Notes: a model not told the origin generated them from the letters alone. A DNA stretch of 64,000 bases from an uncultured Desulfovibrio sp. (GCA_905235595.1 CAJOMG010000005.1:7119-71118), one strand, 5' to 3'. Counted from the stretch's first letter, positions 30,976 to 43,081 are shown. Program-made: numbers and translations.

Positions 30976-33900
30976 GTGAAGGCACATTCCCGCAGCGAGA
31001 CCGTTCTGACAGGATGCAACGCCTGAAACAACTCCGGGAAAGCGGCAGCAGACACCGCTTCGGTCCGGAATCGCTGGAAACCAATCTCTCCGCACCATTC
31101 ATCCGGCGGCCGGTAGCCACAACATTGCTGACCTTGGCCTTGGCCTTAGCTGGCATGGTAGCTTTCGGCCTACTACCCGTGGCCCCCCTGCCGCAGGTGG
31201 ACTATCCTGTAGTTGTGGTTAGAGCCAGGATGCCCGGCGCAGGGCCAGAGACCATGGCCTCCACCGTGGCCACACCGCTGGAGCGCGCCCTCGGCCGTAT
31301 CGCTGGCGTGACTGAAATGACATCTACAAGTAGCCTGGGTTCCACCAACGTCATCCTGCAATTCGAGTTGGAGCGTGATATCAACGGCGCTGCACGCGAT
31401 GTGCAGTCAGCCATCAATGCCGCTCGTTCTACGCTGCCCAGCATGCCTTCTAATCCAAGTTATCGCAAAGTGAATCCGTCTGGTGCTCCTATTCTGATTC
31501 TCTCCATCACCTCCGACACGTTAACCCGTACGCAACTATACGACGCGGCTTCCACAATACTAGCTCAAAAAATTGCACAATTACCTGGCGTAGGCGAAGT
31601 AACGGTTGGGGGCGGCGCACTACCAGCTGTACGAATAGACGTTATCCCCGATGCGCTGCATAGAACAGGCCTTGCCATGGCAGACGTGCGTGCCGCTCTA
31701 GCAGAGGCCAACGCTTTTCTGCCTAAAGGTCAGCTGGAAAATGGTAAACGATACTGGCTGGTGGGAGCTAGTGACCAATTGCGAGAGGCATCAGCCTATA
31801 ACAACATCATTATAGGTCGACACGAGGGGCATGTAATACGCCTTGCCGATATAGCTCGCATTGTGGACGGACCGGAAGATATACGCACCATGGCCATAGC
31901 TGACGGCAAGCCTGCAGTTTTGTTGATGGTTTTCCGTGCGCCAGGGGCCAATATCATTGAAACAGTCGATAAGGTGAAGGCCATGCTGCCACAGTTGCGT
32001 GCCTGGCTGCCTGAAACTGCAGACTTGGCCCTACGCATGGATCGCTCACTAACAATAAGAGCGTCGCTTAAAGAGGTAGAAAAAAGCCTGCTTCTTTCCA
32101 TGGCGCTTGTCGTATTGGTAACTTTTCTTTTTTTACGCAATGCCCGTGCTACAGCTATTCCTGCAGTTGCCGTGCCTGTATCCCTGCTCGCGACCTTCGG
32201 GGTCATGTACTTATGCGGCCATAGCCTCGACAATCTTTCTCTTATGGCACTCACAGTCTCCACAGGCTTTGTGGTAGACGATGCCATCGTTGTCCTTGAA
32301 AATATCGTGCGACATATGGAAGCAGGCGAAAGCCCCCTGCGAGCCTCACTACGTGGAGCCAAGGAAGTTGGCTTTACCGTCATTTCAATTTCCATTTCCC
32401 TGGTAGCCGTTTTTTTGCCCATCCTGTTTATGAGTGGCATTATCGGTCGTCTTTTCCACGAATTTTCCGTTGTGCTCACAGCGGCAGTACTCGTTTCAAT
32501 GCTTGTTTCCCTGACTACTACGCCAATGATGTGCTCTCTCATGCTCAGGCCCAAAGCCTTCGAAAATATCGTTTTTCCCCCCCACATAAACAAAGGATTT
32601 TACAGCCAATTACGCAGTATTATTTCATTTGTAGACGGACTCTGGGGGCGTACCCTTGCTGCCATGCAGAATGCATATGCCACCAGTCTGCCCACGGTGC
32701 TGCGTCACCGCCATCTGACTATGCTGATTTTTCTTTGTATTATTGGCGCATCTGTCTGGCTGTATATTATTGTGCCTAAGGGTTTTTTTCCCCAACAGGA
32801 TACAGGCGTTATCATGGGTGGAATACAAGCCGACCAAAGTGCCTCTTTTCAGGCCACACAGGAACGCCTGCAACGACTCATGTCTGTTATTGTCAGTGAT
32901 CCGGCTGTAGCCAATGTTTCAGGGTACATCTCGGGCGGGCGCGGAGGCGGTGGAGTGTTCATCACCCTGAAGCCTCTTGCAGAACGTGGTATTAGTGTCA
33001 TGAACGTCATCGCTCGCCTACGCGGTCGTCTTTCCGCTGAACCTGGTGTGCAAATCTTTCTGCAACCAGCACAGGACATAATGATGGGTGGACGCAGCGC
33101 ACGCTCTCAGTATCAGTATACCTTGCAAGCCGATAATCTTAACGAACTGCGGGCCTGGGGACGCAAGATGCAACATGCCATGATTGAACATTCTACCTTC
33201 AAAGACGTAAACAGTGATATTGAAGAACGCGGTTTGGAGACCTTTATTACTGTTGATCGGGATGCCCTAGCCCGTTTGGATCTCACCATGCGCGATGTTG
33301 ATACTGCACTCGGCAACGCATTTGGACAAAGCCAAGTTTCCACCATCTATCAGGACAAGAACCAGTACCACGTCGTATTGGAATATGGCCCCAGCTGGCT
33401 GACCGGCCCAGACGCCCTAGGAAAAGTTTATCTGCCGGGTCGGGATGCACTCGTACCCCTTGCTGCCTTAGCTTCCGTTTCCCCATCTCTGGCTCCTCTT
33501 TCCGTAGCACACCAGGGACAATTTGCAGCTGTCACCATAGCATTTAACCTCGCTCCCAATGTCTCACTCTCGCAAGCACAGGACGATGTGGAACGCATCA
33601 AAGTCACGCTTGGCATGCCTGCAAGTGTGTTGGCAGGATTTCAAGGCACAGGAAAACTGTTCACCGATAGTGCTAAAAACCAGATCGTACTCGTCTTAAC
33701 AGCCCTGGCAGTGCTCTATATTGTTCTAGGCATGCTCTATGAAAGTCTCATTCATCCCTTAACCATACTTTCCACACTGCCTTCTGCGGGCTGTGGTGCC
33801 TTGCTTGCGCTCATGGCCTGCGGCATGGAGTTTAGTGTTATCGCTCTTATCGGCGTTCTTCTTCTTTGTGGACTTGTCAAAAAAAACGCTATTATGATGA

Positions 33901-34178
33901 TTGACGTAGCACTAGCCATATCACGCGCACGCTCTCTTACACCGGAACAAGCAATTTATGAAGCATGCCTCCTGCGTTTTCGGCCCATTATGATGACAAC
34001 AGCCGCAGCTATTTTAGGTGCTATACCACTCGCGCTGGGACAAGGAGACGGCGCAGAGCTGCGCCAACCCCTCGGCGTGACCATTGTGGGTGGATTGCTG
34101 GTTAGTCAGTTGCTGACACTCTATACCACCCCTGTAGTCTATCTTTGCCTGGATCGTTTTCGCCACGATACCCACTAG
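30972..34178 (+). CDS. mdtC: RND efflux transporter MdtC
   Basis: [28 protein letters not shown], second RND of a tandem pair, ATGA coupling. Confidence 0.92.
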   Translation: MSEGTFPQRDRSDRMQRLKQLRESGSRHRFGPESLETNLSAPFIRRPVATTLLTLALALAGMVAFGLLPVAPLPQVDYPVVVVRARMPGAGPETMASTVATPLERALGRIAGVTEMTSTSSLGSTNVILQFELERDINGAARDVQSAINAARSTLPSMPSNPSYRKVNPSGAPILILSITSDTLTRTQLYDAASTILAQKIAQLPGVGEVTVGGGALPAVRIDVIPDALHRTGLAMADVRAALAEANAFLPKGQLENGKRYWLVGASDQLREASAYNNIIIGRHEGHVIRLADIARIVDGPEDIRTMAIADGKPAVLLMVFRAPGANIIETVDKVKAMLPQLRAWLPETADLALRMDRSLTIRASLKEVEKSLLLSMALVVLVTFLFLRNARATAIPAVAVPVSLLATFGVMYLCGHSLDNLSLMALTVSTGFVVDDAIVVLENIVRHMEAGESPLRASLRGAKEVGFTVISISISLVAVFLPILFMSGIIGRLFHEFSVVLTAAVLVSMLVSLTTTPMMCSLMLRPKAFENIVFPPHINKGFYSQLRSIISFVDGLWGRTLAAMQNAYATSLPTVLRHRHLTMLIFLCIIGASVWLYIIVPKGFFPQQDTGVIMGGIQADQSASFQATQERLQRLMSVIVSDPAVANVSGYISGGRGGGGVFITLKPLAERGISVMNVIARLRGRLSAEPGVQIFLQPAQDIMMGGRSARSQYQYTLQADNLNELRAWGRKMQHAMIEHSTFKDVNSDIEERGLETFITVDRDALARLDLTMRDVDTALGNAFGQSQVSTIYQDKNQYHVVLEYGPSWLTGPDALGKVYLPGRDALVPLAALASVSPSLAPLSVAHQGQFAAVTIAFNLAPNVSLSQAQDDVERIKVTLGMPASVLAGFQGTGKLFTDSAKNQIVLVLTALAVLYIVLGMLYESLIHPLTILSTLPSAGCGALLALMACGMEFSVIALIGVLLLCGLVKKNAIMMIDVALAISRARSLTPEQAIYEACLLRFRPIMMTTAAAILGAIPLALGQGDGAELRQPLGVTIVGGLLVSQLLTLYTTPVVYLCLDRFRHDTH

Positions 34179-34427
34179 CATTCAATAACGTTCCTCCCAA
34201 AAGCGACAGCTGCATTGTTCAGCAGTTAACAAAAACTTTGGTAATACTATTATTGAAATACGACCTATCTCAACCGCTAACGATTGTTACGGTTTTTATG
34301 TACAAAAACTGACTTGTCAAGATGATTGGAATTGGTTAAAATAAAATTTCTATGTTGTTTTCATAAAAGAAAAAACGTGAACTTCAGCCTGCTGTGCTGT
34401 ATGTTCCGTGTTACAGGGGTAACTACC

Positions 34428-34640
34428 ATGAAAAAAGATATTCATCCTAAGGTATACAACGCAACCATTACCTGCGCATGTGGAAATGAAGAGCATGTTC
34501 TCTCCACAAAAGGTGAACAGGTTCATGTGGAAGTGTGCTCTGCCTGTCATCCATTCTTCACTGGTAAGCAGCGTTTCTTGGATACAGCCGGTCGTATTGA
34601 TCGATTCCGTAAAAAATACGCCAAATTTGAGCAGAAATAA
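34428..34640 (+). CDS. rpmE: 50S ribosomal protein L31 (Zn-binding type)
   Basis: [22 protein letters not shown]. Confidence 0.97.
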   Translation: MKKDIHPKVYNATITCACGNEEHVLSTKGEQVHVEVCSACHPFFTGKQRFLDTAGRIDRFRKKYAKFEQK

Positions 34641-34641
34641 C

Positions 34642-35700
34642 ATGAATTCCCGTCATTCACGGGAAAGCAAAACAGCCGGAACCTCTCGCCATTGGCACAA
34701 CGCTTTTGTGGGCAAGGTTGCGTTTTCTACGCAGCTTGCCCATTCTATATTTGCAGGTTGTCCAACAATTGGAGGACAAGCCATCCTGGAAGGGGTTATG
34801 ATGCGCAATGGTGACGTTTACAGTTTAGCTGTTCGCCATAGCGATGGCAGGATCACCGCCCGACGTTACCCGTGGTTATCGTTGACACGTCGTCCTTGGC
34901 TTAAAATGCCCTTTGTACGAGGATTTCCTGTATTGTTAGAAACGCTTATCAACGGTATCAAAGCTCTAAACCGTTCCGCAGAAGCTGTCGCCCATGGCGA
35001 AGCAGAGGAGCTTTCAAATTCTCAACTCGTAGGGACCTTAATCTTGGCATTTTTGATGGCCATTGGTCTTTTCGTTGTAGTGCCGCATCTTCTATCATTA
35101 GTGATGTTGTATCTGCATTTTAGCGGCGATGTAGAAGGATTCTCATTTCACATCTGGGATGGCTTTTTCAAGTGTTGCATTTTCATGGCCTACATAAAAG
35201 GAATTTCCTGCATTCCCGAAATACACCGTGTTTTCCAATATCATGGAGCTGAGCACAAAACCATACACGCCTTCGAGACTGGGGCTCAAGTAAATCTCGC
35301 TTTAGCTAAAAGTCGAAGTCGCTTGCATCCTCGTTGTGGGACGACATTTCTTCTTTTTGTTATTGCTGTGTCTATCATGCTACATGCTGTACTCGTACCG
35401 TTACTTTTGAACATATATACCCCAGACACTATCATAACAAAACACATATTTACAATTAGTGTAAAACTATTGCTCATAGCCCCGATTAGTGCTCTTGCCT
35501 ATGAATTGATTCGTTATGCGGCTCGCCTTCCAGAGGGAATTTGGGCCACAATACTACGTACTCCTGGTTTGACCTTGCAGAATATAACCACAGCTGAACC
35601 TGACGAAAGCCAGCTTGAAGTGGCCTTAGTTGCCTTACGTGAGGCTCTTGGAGTGGAAGACGGCATTATCGTTCATACCGCACCATATTCATTGGAATAG
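34642..35700 (+). CDS. DUF1385 membrane protein
   Basis: IGGQAILEGVMMR, PFVRG, FQYHGAEHK, SRLHPRCGTTF, TTAEPD. Confidence 0.9.
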   Translation: MNSRHSRESKTAGTSRHWHNAFVGKVAFSTQLAHSIFAGCPTIGGQAILEGVMMRNGDVYSLAVRHSDGRITARRYPWLSLTRRPWLKMPFVRGFPVLLETLINGIKALNRSAEAVAHGEAEELSNSQLVGTLILAFLMAIGLFVVVPHLLSLVMLYLHFSGDVEGFSFHIWDGFFKCCIFMAYIKGISCIPEIHRVFQYHGAEHKTIHAFETGAQVNLALAKSRSRLHPRCGTTFLLFVIAVSIMLHAVLVPLLLNIYTPDTIITKHIFTISVKLLLIAPISALAYELIRYAARLPEGIWATILRTPGLTLQNITTAEPDESQLEVALVALREALGVEDGIIVHTAPYSLE

Positions 35701-35816
35701 ACGGCTTGCAGACATGATTTACCTTTGTAAAATCTCTGTTGGTACAGCGTAAAAGTTTTTACAGAACTACAACTGCCCGCTGACAAACAGTCCATAGAGC
35801 ATCGTGAGAAAGCATT

Positions 35817-36884
35817 ATGTTTGCAAAACTTGAAGGCTTGGAAAAAAAATATCTTGATTTAGAGCAAGCTCTCGCTGCGCCTGATGTATTTAATGATCAG
35901 GAACGTTACCGGAAGCTCGCCAAGGCTCATGCAGATTTACAAGATGTTGTTGAACTGTATCGGCGTCACCGGGATCTCACCAGGGAAGTTGATGAAAACA
36001 GACAGCTTCTTCATGACAACGATCCTGCAATGCGAGAGTTGGCACAGGAAGAGATTCGTCGCATTGAGTCTGAACTGCCAGATGTAGAGCATGAGCTTAA
36101 AGTCATGTTGTTACCAACTGATCCCTTGGACGAAAAAAATACCATTCTTGAAATTCGTGCCGGGACCGGCGGTGAAGAAGCTGCTCTTTTTGCTGCAGAC
36201 CTTTTCCGTATGTATACCCGCTATGCCGAACTTAAGGGATGGAAGACAGAACTCATGAATGCATCACCCTCTGAATCCGGGGGATACAAGGAAATTATCT
36301 GTCTCATCAGTGGTACGAAGGTATACAGTCGATTGAAATTCGAGGCAGGAACGCATCGTGTCCAACGTGTTCCTGCCACAGAAGCACAAGGCCGTATTCA
36401 TACATCCGCAGCAACTGTGGCCGTTATGCCGGAAGCCGAAGAGGTAGATGTGGACATTCGCCCTGAAGATCTGCGAATAGATATCTTCCGGGCTTCTGGA
36501 GCAGGTGGACAGCATGTCAACAAAACGGAATCGGCAGTCCGCATAACTCACTTGCCCACAAATACGGTAGTCACGTGCCAGGACGAACGTTCACAGCACA
36601 AAAACAAGGCACGTGCTATGAAAGTACTGGCTTCACGTATTCTGGCTGCGGAACGAGCTCGACAAAATTCTGAACTATCTGCAGATCGTAAAGCTCAGGT
36701 TGGTTCTGGTGACCGCTCAGAACGCATCCGTACATATAACTTCCCTCAAGGACGATGCACAGACCACCGGATTAACCTGACCCTGCATTCTCTTGACCGT
36801 ATTATGGAGGGAGAACTTGATCCTCTTGTCGAAGCTCTGGGCACAGCAGCTCAAACCGAAGCATTAAAAGCCGAGGCGGAATGA
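35817..36884 (+). CDS. prfA: Peptide chain release factor 1
   Basis: [21 protein letters not shown] (PxT), GAGGQHVN. Confidence 0.98.
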   Translation: MFAKLEGLEKKYLDLEQALAAPDVFNDQERYRKLAKAHADLQDVVELYRRHRDLTREVDENRQLLHDNDPAMRELAQEEIRRIESELPDVEHELKVMLLPTDPLDEKNTILEIRAGTGGEEAALFAADLFRMYTRYAELKGWKTELMNASPSESGGYKEIICLISGTKVYSRLKFEAGTHRVQRVPATEAQGRIHTSAATVAVMPEAEEVDVDIRPEDLRIDIFRASGAGGQHVNKTESAVRITHLPTNTVVTCQDERSQHKNKARAMKVLASRILAAERARQNSELSADRKAQVGSGDRSERIRTYNFPQGRCTDHRINLTLHSLDRIMEGELDPLVEALGTAAQTEALKAEAE

Positions 36885-36908
36885 CTTCAACAATGAACAA
36901 CAGGGAAG

Positions 36909-37877
36909 TTACGACTGCACTGTTTCATCCATATCAATCACACGCCCTTGCAGCCAGACGTATGCATCAACATCCTCCCCTTTTTGGGGGATATAATCGC
37001 CCAGAACCATCTTTGACACATAGACTGGCAGACGCATTGCCGATCTTTTTTCAAAAGGAAAGCTTAGATATAACAATGTAACCGGCATCTTTTCCAGCTG
37101 ATGTTCCTCAACTTCTTCGACAACAGCACGCATTTGGTATTCACAGAAATGTCTTCCAGGCATGATTAGATGCTTGTTGTGTACATCCACCTTTAGTGGA
37201 GGCACATCAAGACGGCTTTTACCGGAATTTTCCGCTAGCCATTCTGCAGCATATGCTTCATATGCCGCGCCTTGGGTAACAGTGATTTCATCAATCAGGG
37301 CCTTTCGCAAAGCCAATGCCAGAGCAGCTAAAAGAAATGTGTGTGTGATTCCCGGGGTAAGATCTTCTTTATCCCTGCCATAGAGGGGATCATAGAACCA
37401 CATTGGATTCTTACCCTCAATCATGGTTACAGCCACATCTGCATCAACACCGTTGGCCCATGGATGCACGGCCTCAACTGTGAGATCATTTGGTAAACCT
37501 TCCAGCAAGGGTGCAGCCGTGACCGGCGAGAGTTTTCCTTTTTCCTCTCCAGCCAAAAGTACAGAAGCACGCACGGGCTGGTCCTGAGGCCAGGCCAAGA
37601 GTACATGCTCCTTTCCAGCACGCTTCCATTGCCAGGAAGGACGAGTTCCTCCTTCGTGCATAACAGTGGACACTACCTGACCCATAAGAGCCTTTGTAGG
37701 AGCATGACCAGTTAACACAGACCATACATCGCCCAAGGCTTCTGCATGCGTACGATTTTGTGCAATAAATGTGGTTTCTGTCTCTTTGGCTGAAGGATTA
37801 TGATCTACCCGTACCCATGCCTCTTTTTCATCATTAGGGCTCACCCCTGTCACACTCTTGTTATTTTTTGTGGCCAT
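36909..37877 (-). CDS. Hypothetical protein of unknown function
   Basis: 322-codon ORF with protein-like composition filling the gap between pnp and prfA. No family recognised. Confidence 0.7.
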   Translation of the reverse strand: MATKNNKSVTGVSPNDEKEAWVRVDHNPSAKETETTFIAQNRTHAEALGDVWSVLTGHAPTKALMGQVVSTVMHEGGTRPSWQWKRAGKEHVLLAWPQDQPVRASVLLAGEEKGKLSPVTAAPLLEGLPNDLTVEAVHPWANGVDADVAVTMIEGKNPMWFYDPLYGRDKEDLTPGITHTFLLAALALALRKALIDEITVTQGAAYEAYAAEWLAENSGKSRLDVPPLKVDVHNKHLIMPGRHFCEYQMRAVVEEVEEHQLEKMPVTLLYLSFPFEKRSAMRLPVYVSKMVLGDYIPQKGEDVDAYVWLQGRVIDMDETVQS

Positions 37878-37970
37878 ACATCGTGCCCTTTCAGCAAGGC
37901 CGCTCCTCTGCAATGAAGAACGGCCCATAGATCAAAACGTTACGAAAAGGATACGCTAACAGATTAACGC

Positions 37971-40205
37971 CTAACGGTGATCACCTTTTTCTCGACGATC
38001 TCCATGCCCAGAACGTTCGCCGCGACTGCGTCGATCACTTTTGTCTGACCTTGACGGACGTGCCGTTTCTTCGGGATTCCAAGGATGTCCCTGTTCTTCC
38101 AGGAGAACAGCCTTTCGGCTGGCGCGAATGCGGTCTCCATTGATTTCAATAACCTTTACCAGCATATCTTCACCGAGGCGTGCTACGTCCCCTGGTTGCT
38201 CAATACGCTTCACATCAAGCTGCGACACATGGACAAGTGCTTCGACATTGGGCAGCACCTCCACAACAGCTCCAATTTCCATAACCTTACGAACCTTGGC
38301 CAAATAATTTTTTCCAATTTCAGGTCGTTGATCGTAATAAGAAATCATCTCACGCGCCCTTTCCAGAGCTTCGGCTGTGGGGGCAAAAATGGAGACACGC
38401 CCAGAATCCTCGATATCCACAGACGCCCCTGTGACCGTGGTAATGGCTTTGATATTTTTTCCACCAGGCCCAATAATCAGGCGTATAATATCGGGATTCA
38501 CAAAGAGTTCCACATGCTGTGGTGCGTATCTCGAAAGCTCCTTTCGAGGTTCGGCAATAGCTCTAGCCATTTCCCCTAGTATATGCAGACGTCCTTCATG
38601 GGCCTGCTGCATGGCAGCGCGCATAATCTCCGTGGTCAGTCCTGTGATCTTAATGTCCATTTGAACGCCGGTCACTCCATCAGCAGTTCCAGCAATCTTG
38701 AAGTCCATGTCCCCCAAGGCATCTTCATCTCCAAGAATATCTGTAAGGACAATAAACTTCTCACCTTCCTTGATCAGTCCCATAGCCACTCCAGCCACAG
38801 GTGCACTGATAGGTACGCCAGCGTCCATGAGCGAAAGGGAGCCTCCACATACCGCAGCCATAGATGAAGAACCGTTAGATTCCACTGTTTCAGACACCAC
38901 ACGTACTGTAAAGGGGAAATCCTCCTCATTGGGCAGTACTGGACGAAGAGATTTTTCAGCAAGCGCACCATGACCAATTTCACGGCGGGAAATCCGCACT
39001 GGCTTCACTTCTCCTACGCTAAATGGAGGGAAATTATAGTGCAACATGAACTTACGCACCACGTCTCCATTAAGCCCATCCGTACGCTGTTCATCAGTGG
39101 AGGCCCCCAATGTGGTCACTGCCAACGATTTTGTCTCCCCCCTACGGAAAATGGCAGAGCCATGTGCTCGGGGCAATACTCCTGTCTGAATTTGTATAGG
39201 CCGGACGCTCTTTGTGTCACGCCCGTCAATACGTGTTCCTTCATTAACAATACGTGCACGCACAAGAGCCTTTTCCTGATCAGCCAAAATGTCGCTAACC
39301 GCCTTGAGGGCCTCTTCATTTTCAGCCCAGGCAGGATCATTTTTCAAGGCCTCTATTACTCTGTCCTTGACGGCTTTACGTGCATCCTTACGGGCCAGCT
39401 TTTCTGGCACACGCAAAGCAGCGTCCAATCCGGCATCAGTAGCCAGTTCTTGAACCCGAGCAACAAGAACCGGATCGTCTTCGTGTGGAGTAAAGATCAT
39501 CTTAGGCTTTCCTGCCAGATTGCACAGTTTGATCTGTGCTTCCACAAGAGGCTGAATTTGTTGACGCCCCCATTCCAAGGCATCTATAATAACATCTTCG
39601 GGAACAAAACATGCTTCCCCTTCAACCATTGTCAACGCATCTGCTGAAGCCGCAAAAACAATATTCAAATCACTTTGTGCCATCTGCGCAAAGGTTGGAT
39701 TGAGCACAAACTGACCGTCCAGGCGACCTATACGCCCTCCCGCAACAGGCCCAGCGAAAGGCAGAGGAGAGAGCATTACAGCAGCCGATGCGCCAGTAAG
39801 GGCCAACACATCAGATTCGTTTTCTTGGTCAGCAGAAATAACATTGGCGAGCACCTGAACATCTTCATTCAATCCCTTTTTAGGAAAAAGCGGTCGGATA
39901 GGACGATCAATAAGGCGAGAAACAAGAGTTTCCCGTTCTGAAGGACGACCTATCTCACGACGAAAAAAATTGCCAGGTATGCGACCTGCTGCATACATTT
40001 TTTCTGTGTATTCCACCGTCAGAGGGAAAAAACCTTTATCAAACTCCAATGACTGGGCACATACTGTTACAAGTACGACAGTACCACCACACTGTATCCA
40101 TACAGCCCCCTGGGCCTGGTTGGCCAGACGACCAGTTTCGAGAATAATCTCTTTACCACCTACAGATGCAGTTACACGTGTGGGAGTGAAAATGTCTTGA
40201 TTCAT
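37971..40205 (-). CDS. pnp: Polyribonucleotide nucleotidyltransferase
   Basis: LETGRLANQA, SRREIGHG, ESNGSSSMA, GDMDFK, KH and S1 domains. Confidence 0.98.
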   Translation of the reverse strand: MNQDIFTPTRVTASVGGKEIILETGRLANQAQGAVWIQCGGTVVLVTVCAQSLEFDKGFFPLTVEYTEKMYAAGRIPGNFFRREIGRPSERETLVSRLIDRPIRPLFPKKGLNEDVQVLANVISADQENESDVLALTGASAAVMLSPLPFAGPVAGGRIGRLDGQFVLNPTFAQMAQSDLNIVFAASADALTMVEGEACFVPEDVIIDALEWGRQQIQPLVEAQIKLCNLAGKPKMIFTPHEDDPVLVARVQELATDAGLDAALRVPEKLARKDARKAVKDRVIEALKNDPAWAENEEALKAVSDILADQEKALVRARIVNEGTRIDGRDTKSVRPIQIQTGVLPRAHGSAIFRRGETKSLAVTTLGASTDEQRTDGLNGDVVRKFMLHYNFPPFSVGEVKPVRISRREIGHGALAEKSLRPVLPNEEDFPFTVRVVSETVESNGSSSMAAVCGGSLSLMDAGVPISAPVAGVAMGLIKEGEKFIVLTDILGDEDALGDMDFKIAGTADGVTGVQMDIKITGLTTEIMRAAMQQAHEGRLHILGEMARAIAEPRKELSRYAPQHVELFVNPDIIRLIIGPGGKNIKAITTVTGASVDIEDSGRVSIFAPTAEALERAREMISYYDQRPEIGKNYLAKVRKVMEIGAVVEVLPNVEALVHVSQLDVKRIEQPGDVARLGEDMLVKVIEINGDRIRASRKAVLLEEQGHPWNPEETARPSRSDKSDRRSRGERSGHGDRREKGDHR

Positions 40206-40339
40206 ATAGATCCTTTGCATTCTGCGAAGGGGATTCCGGCAAAAGCGGGCAAAGGCTGTCATTCTTTGCCTGATTTTCCCGGACCCCCCTTCTTCGCATT
40301 ATCTTTGTACCCTTACGGGTGTTGTCTTGATAATGAGAT

Positions 40340-40364
40340 AACGGGGGAGCTATTGCCCCCCCGT
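40340..40364 (-). terminator. Hairpin between rpsO and pnp
   Basis: AACGGGGG-AGCTATTGC-CCCCCGTT. Confidence 0.6.
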
Positions 40365-40374
40365 TATACTCCCC

Positions 40375-40644
40375 CTACTTACGCAGGCCGAGTTTCTCAA
40401 TAAGAGCGCGATAACGCTGAATATCTTTCTTTTTTAGATAATTCAAAATATTACGGCGACGTCCTACAAGCTTCAGTAGGCCTGTACGGGAATGAAAGTC
40501 CTTTTTGTGTTCTTTAAAATGCCCGGTCAGCCCTTCAATACGCGCCGTTAACAACGCGACCTGCACTTCAGGTGAACCAGTGTCACCTGGATGTTTTGCA
40601 TGAACTTCAATAACCGCTTTTTTGTCATTAGCATCCATTACCAC
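40375..40644 (-). CDS. rpsO: 30S ribosomal protein S15
   Basis: [29 protein letters not shown]. Confidence 0.98.
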   Translation of the reverse strand: MVMDANDKKAVIEVHAKHPGDTGSPEVQVALLTARIEGLTGHFKEHKKDFHSRTGLLKLVGRRRNILNYLKKKDIQRYRALIEKLGLRK

Positions 40645-40668
40645 AGCAGTAACTCCTTGATATTGGGG

Positions 40669-41619
40669 TTAATTCCATAGCCCCCGCAATACGGCCCAGC
40701 AATGACCCCGAGGTGTTGATTGTCGCTGTGCTAAAGCCAGGGCTGTGCCCTGATCAAGCAACAGTGCGCAATCCATATCCTCCTGATCATCTGCTATTAA
40801 TGCTTCCTTTTGGCAGGGCACGGCTACACCATTGCGGACGCGTGCTACATCCTCCGAGGATAATTCCACCTTATGCCAGCGAGGCAATGCCTCCGCAATG
40901 GGATGAACATAAGTGGGAAGTATATCGGGATCTGTAACAATCTCTGCCAAATCGCAAGACATTTCCAAACCGAAGGGGTGACTGAACTCCCGGGTCAGCT
41001 CTGTGAGCACGGCTCCACACCCTAGGCGTTTCCCCAAGCTGTGGGCCAGGGAACGTATATAGGTGCCAGAACTACATGTAACCCGAAAGCGAACAAACGG
41101 CAGGCTTACATCAAGCACTTCCGCTTGTAAAATTTGTATACGTTTAACCTTTACAGGCGCGGCAATACCCTTACGTGCCAGCTTATACAAAGGTTTTCCC
41201 TTAAACTTGGCTGCTGAATAAAAGGGTACCGGCTGCTCAGTCAAATCGCACCAGGCAGCAATCTCCTGTCGCAAATCTTGCTCGCGTACATACTCCCATG
41301 CAGCCTCTGTTGTTACAACGCCTTCACTGTCCCAAGTATCGGTAGTCTGCCCCAAGCGTAATGTTCCACTATATACCTTGCCGCCATCTGCCATCAGATA
41401 CCCGGAAAGCTTCGTAGCCTGCCCTAGCAGGATCAACAACACACCTGAAGCCAAAGGATCCAACGTGCCAGCATGTCCAATTTTTTTTTGCCCCAAGCGC
41501 TTTATAACAGAGACACAACGTGCCGACGTTGGTCCAGATGGCTTATTCAATACAAGAATGCCATCAAGCTGAGGCAAGGATGATCCCTTTCCTGCACAAG
41601 ACACATCTTTGGGTTGCAT
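40669..41619 (-). CDS. truB: tRNA pseudouridine(55) synthase
   Basis: LNKPSG, KIGHAGTLDPLASGVL, YSAAKFKGKPLY, CSSGTYIRSL. Confidence 0.96.
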   Translation of the reverse strand: MQPKDVSCAGKGSSLPQLDGILVLNKPSGPTSARCVSVIKRLGQKKIGHAGTLDPLASGVLLILLGQATKLSGYLMADGGKVYSGTLRLGQTTDTWDSEGVVTTEAAWEYVREQDLRQEIAAWCDLTEQPVPFYSAAKFKGKPLYKLARKGIAAPVKVKRIQILQAEVLDVSLPFVRFRVTCSSGTYIRSLAHSLGKRLGCGAVLTELTREFSHPFGLEMSCDLAEIVTDPDILPTYVHPIAEALPRWHKVELSSEDVARVRNGVAVPCQKEALIADDQEDMDCALLLDQGTALALAQRQSTPRGHCWAVLRGLWN

Positions 41620-41722
41620 CTGTATATCAGAACTGTACGCAATACTTGAAAGCATAGACAGGTAAGTATAACCGCACCAAGCTAGGGCTGCAAGTTAAAA
41701 CAATATCCTCGTTCTAGGGTAA

Positions 41723-42736
41723 CTACAGCCCTTCATTGGCGAGCTCTTGTTCAATGGCTGAAAGCAGGTTTGCTTCGGCATCCTCCATGGTCATACGGAC
41801 TGTTCCACCAGAAGCGTTACGGTGACCTCCACCGCCAAGAAGTGTCGCTGCTGCGCATACATCTACAGTGCCGCTTGAACGCAGACTGAACTTACAACAG
41901 CCCGGCGCATCTTCTCGTAATACAGCAGCCACTTTAACTCCATGCAATTGTCTGAGCTGCTCCACAAAACCTTCCAGATCTTCTTTATGTGCCCCGGTAG
42001 AACGTAAATCGGACAGAAATATCGGACAGAAAGCCACTGTGTTATTACGCCTCATTTCGGCACGACACATCAACTCCCCCCATAGTCGCATGCGGGATAG
42101 ACTCCAAGAATTGTCCAGCTGCGCTCTCAATGCAGCAAGATTACATCCGTTGGCGACCAAATGAGCAGTGAGATGCAACACCTCTTGACTGGTATTGCTA
42201 TATCGGAAGCCCCCCGTATCAGTGACAAGCCCAAGAGCTACTGCAGTGGCCAAATCTTCCTTGAGGGATAAGCCCAACGCAAGAGCTATATATGCCACAA
42301 GTTGTGTCGTAGCAGCACCTTGTGGTTCCACCCAGTTCGCCATTGATCCCATACCTTCACTGCCAAGATGGTGATCAATATTCACGCTTTCCAATGCCGA
42401 CATGAGATTACTCAATTCCGGCCCCAGGCGGTGTGATTCACTGCAGTCCAGAAATATGGCGCACCTAGGTTCAAACGGGAAATGTACCAGCGTCGTAACT
42501 ATTGGGCCAGGCAGAGGTATAAATGATAAATTCAATGGCACCCTGGGAGTAACATAGATGAACGCTTCCTTGCCAAGCGCACGCAACATATAGCCTACTG
42601 CTGCCACAGCCCCAAGGGCATCACCATCTGGATTTGCATGCGCGGCAATGATCACTCTGTCCATTTTGCGCACAGCCTCAGCTATATGTTGCGCCACATC
42701 TCGATAGCGTTCAGGTATAAGCTCACTCTGCTGCAT
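41723..42736 (-). CDS. DHH/DHHA1 phosphoesterase (NrnA-like)
   Basis: HANPDGDALG, IDHH, TDTGGF, GGGHRNASG. Confidence 0.92.
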   Translation of the reverse strand: MQQSELIPERYRDVAQHIAEAVRKMDRVIIAAHANPDGDALGAVAAVGYMLRALGKEAFIYVTPRVPLNLSFIPLPGPIVTTLVHFPFEPRCAIFLDCSESHRLGPELSNLMSALESVNIDHHLGSEGMGSMANWVEPQGAATTQLVAYIALALGLSLKEDLATAVALGLVTDTGGFRYSNTSQEVLHLTAHLVANGCNLAALRAQLDNSWSLSRMRLWGELMCRAEMRRNNTVAFCPIFLSDLRSTGAHKEDLEGFVEQLRQLHGVKVAAVLREDAPGCCKFSLRSSGTVDVCAAATLLGGGGHRNASGGTVRMTMEDAEANLLSAIEQELANEGL

Positions 42737-43019
42737 AAATCTCCACCTGGCTGCCAACCATTTCTTCTGGGCACACGGCTTCCATCATCAAGGCACACTT
42801 GTCCATACGGCTGCGTAAATGGCTCTCATTATTGGAGATAGAAACCACTGCAAGGCGCAAAAGAGTCAGATTATTTTCAGTCCCAGCTTCTGCAATAGCA
42901 ACATTGAACTTGTTTCTGACCTTCTGCTTCAGACTGTTTGCCACGCGACGTTTCGCCTTAAGATTGTCATTGCCATCCAGACTAAACTCCACTGTCAGTA
43001 CTGCTAGGCACATACCCAT
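42723..43019 (-). CDS. DUF503 (YlxP) family protein
   Basis: NLKAKRRVANSLKQKVRNKFNVAIAE, canonical position after infB. Confidence 0.88.
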   Translation of the reverse strand: MGMCLAVLTVEFSLDGNDNLKAKRRVANSLKQKVRNKFNVAIAEAGTENNLTLLRLAVVSISNNESHLRSRMDKCALMMEAVCPEEMVGSQVEIYAAE

Positions 43020-43081
43020 GCAGGACCTCGCTAATATCAAATGCCCAACTACAAAACGTTCACTACCCCATTGTGGACATA

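Noticed and set aside
31796-32593. 265-aa minus-strand ORF and similar ORFs inside mdtB/mdtC
   Set aside because: Antisense shadows typical of RND genes
36881-37081. 66-aa ORF overlapping the prfA stop, considered as a prmC remnant
   Set aside because: No PrmC similarity, and it lies antisense within the 3' end of the convergent gene
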